64,000 bases of DNA from an uncultured Phycisphaerales bacterium (GTDB lineage Bacteria; Planctomycetota; Phycisphaerae; Tepidisphaerales; Tepidisphaeraceae), in assembly GCA_963758525.1 (NCBI GenBank), contig CAVWVQ010000003.1:3264001-3328000 (forward strand), written 5' to 3'. Shown in pieces: positions 63,377 through 64,000 of the stretch. The number at the start of each line of letters is the position of its first letter. Position 1 is the stretch's first letter. The notes below the pieces were generated by a model that searched no databases, was not told the origin of the DNA, and saw only the letters and a program-made list of their open reading frames with translations. The position numbers were made by a program, and so were the translations under genes.

Positions 63377-63958
63377 TTATTCGTCGGCGCTCGAATTTGC
63401 GAACGGAGCCGGACCGATTGCCTGGGTCGAGAAGACCTGTAGTCGGGCCTCGGCGCGCCTCCACGTGTCGGCTTCAAAGCCCATCTTTTCCGTGCAAAGC
63501 TTGCTGAGCAATTGTTCGCGCGACCACCCGGTTTCGCGGCCGACGTCTGGCAGAAAACATCCCGAGCGTCCCGCGATGCTCAGATAAATTCCATCCCGTT
63601 GCGGATCAAAATCCAGCGGATCTGCCGCCGGCCGGAGCGGCGAGAGCACGCTGATCTCGATCTCCAGGCTCGGCAATTCTTCCACCGACACTGGATCGGC
63701 GGCAAATCGCGGATCGTCCAGCGCATCGATGGCGCTGCTGATGGCCGACTGCCAGAGCGGGGACGCGTTTAGCCGGCCGATGCATCCGCGCAGCCGGTGC
63801 GAACCGTGTTCGTGCAGCGTCACGAAACACCCGGCCGGCTCCAGCAGCGCCGTATCGTTCGGATGAGCTGGGGTGAAGGAACGGCCCGTCAGCGCGTGAC
63901 GAATTGCGTCACGTGCCAAGTCCAGAAGTGTCTCGCTTTGTTCGCGCGAGAGGGGCAT
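63377..63958 (-). CDS. amrA: AMMECR1-family protein (AmmeMemoRadiSam protein A)
   Basis: GCFVTL…LRGCIG, DPRF, IEISVLSP, DGIY, FLPDV..E.GW, LC.EK.G. Confidence 0.92.
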   Translation of the reverse strand: MPLSREQSETLLDLARDAIRHALTGRSFTPAHPNDTALLEPAGCFVTLHEHGSHRLRGCIGRLNASPLWQSAISSAIDALDDPRFAADPVSVEELPSLEIEISVLSPLRPAADPLDFDPQRDGIYLSIAGRSGCFLPDVGRETGWSREQLLSKLCTEKMGFEADTWRRAEARLQVFSTQAIGPAPFANSSADE

Positions 63959-64000
63959 GGCAGTGAGAGTATAGGTCTGAAGGACGGGTGATTGGTGATT

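Overview
GC-rich bacterial chromosomal segment that looks planctomycete (probably Phycisphaerae/Tepidisphaerales). The basis is a LESRRLL (LEPR-XLL-type) surface protein, a DUF1559-like prepilin protein, a DUF4058 protein, fused SecDF, fused CcsBA and many short palindromic repeats. Content: MoxR/DUF58, tRNA-Val(TAC), AhbAB-like protein, galM, a liv-type ABC operon, egtB/egtD next to an Opu-type ABC importer, a TetR/SDR cluster, two TA pairs plus a relic, thrS, cytochrome c biogenesis, tgt-yajC-secDF, infC, mlaEFD, rpmI-rplT and one complete ISKra4-like IS. About 16 genes, including essential infC, carry single-base frameshifts, so most breaks are probably sequencing indels. Best leads: (1) a twin-arginine-signal, divergent adenosylhomocysteinase-like gene plus a CYTH gene inserted between livG and livF; (2) a ~163-nt rod-shaped RNA (6S-like) with its own promoter upstream of ATT-initiated infC; (3) about ten genes with a -10 box 5-9 nt before the start codon and no SD (leaderless pattern); (4) a palindromic repeat arm embedded in frame in livF; (5) an IS inserted into a repeat, with a T5C5 frameshift site. 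All family assignments are by-eye motif recognition; no searches were run.
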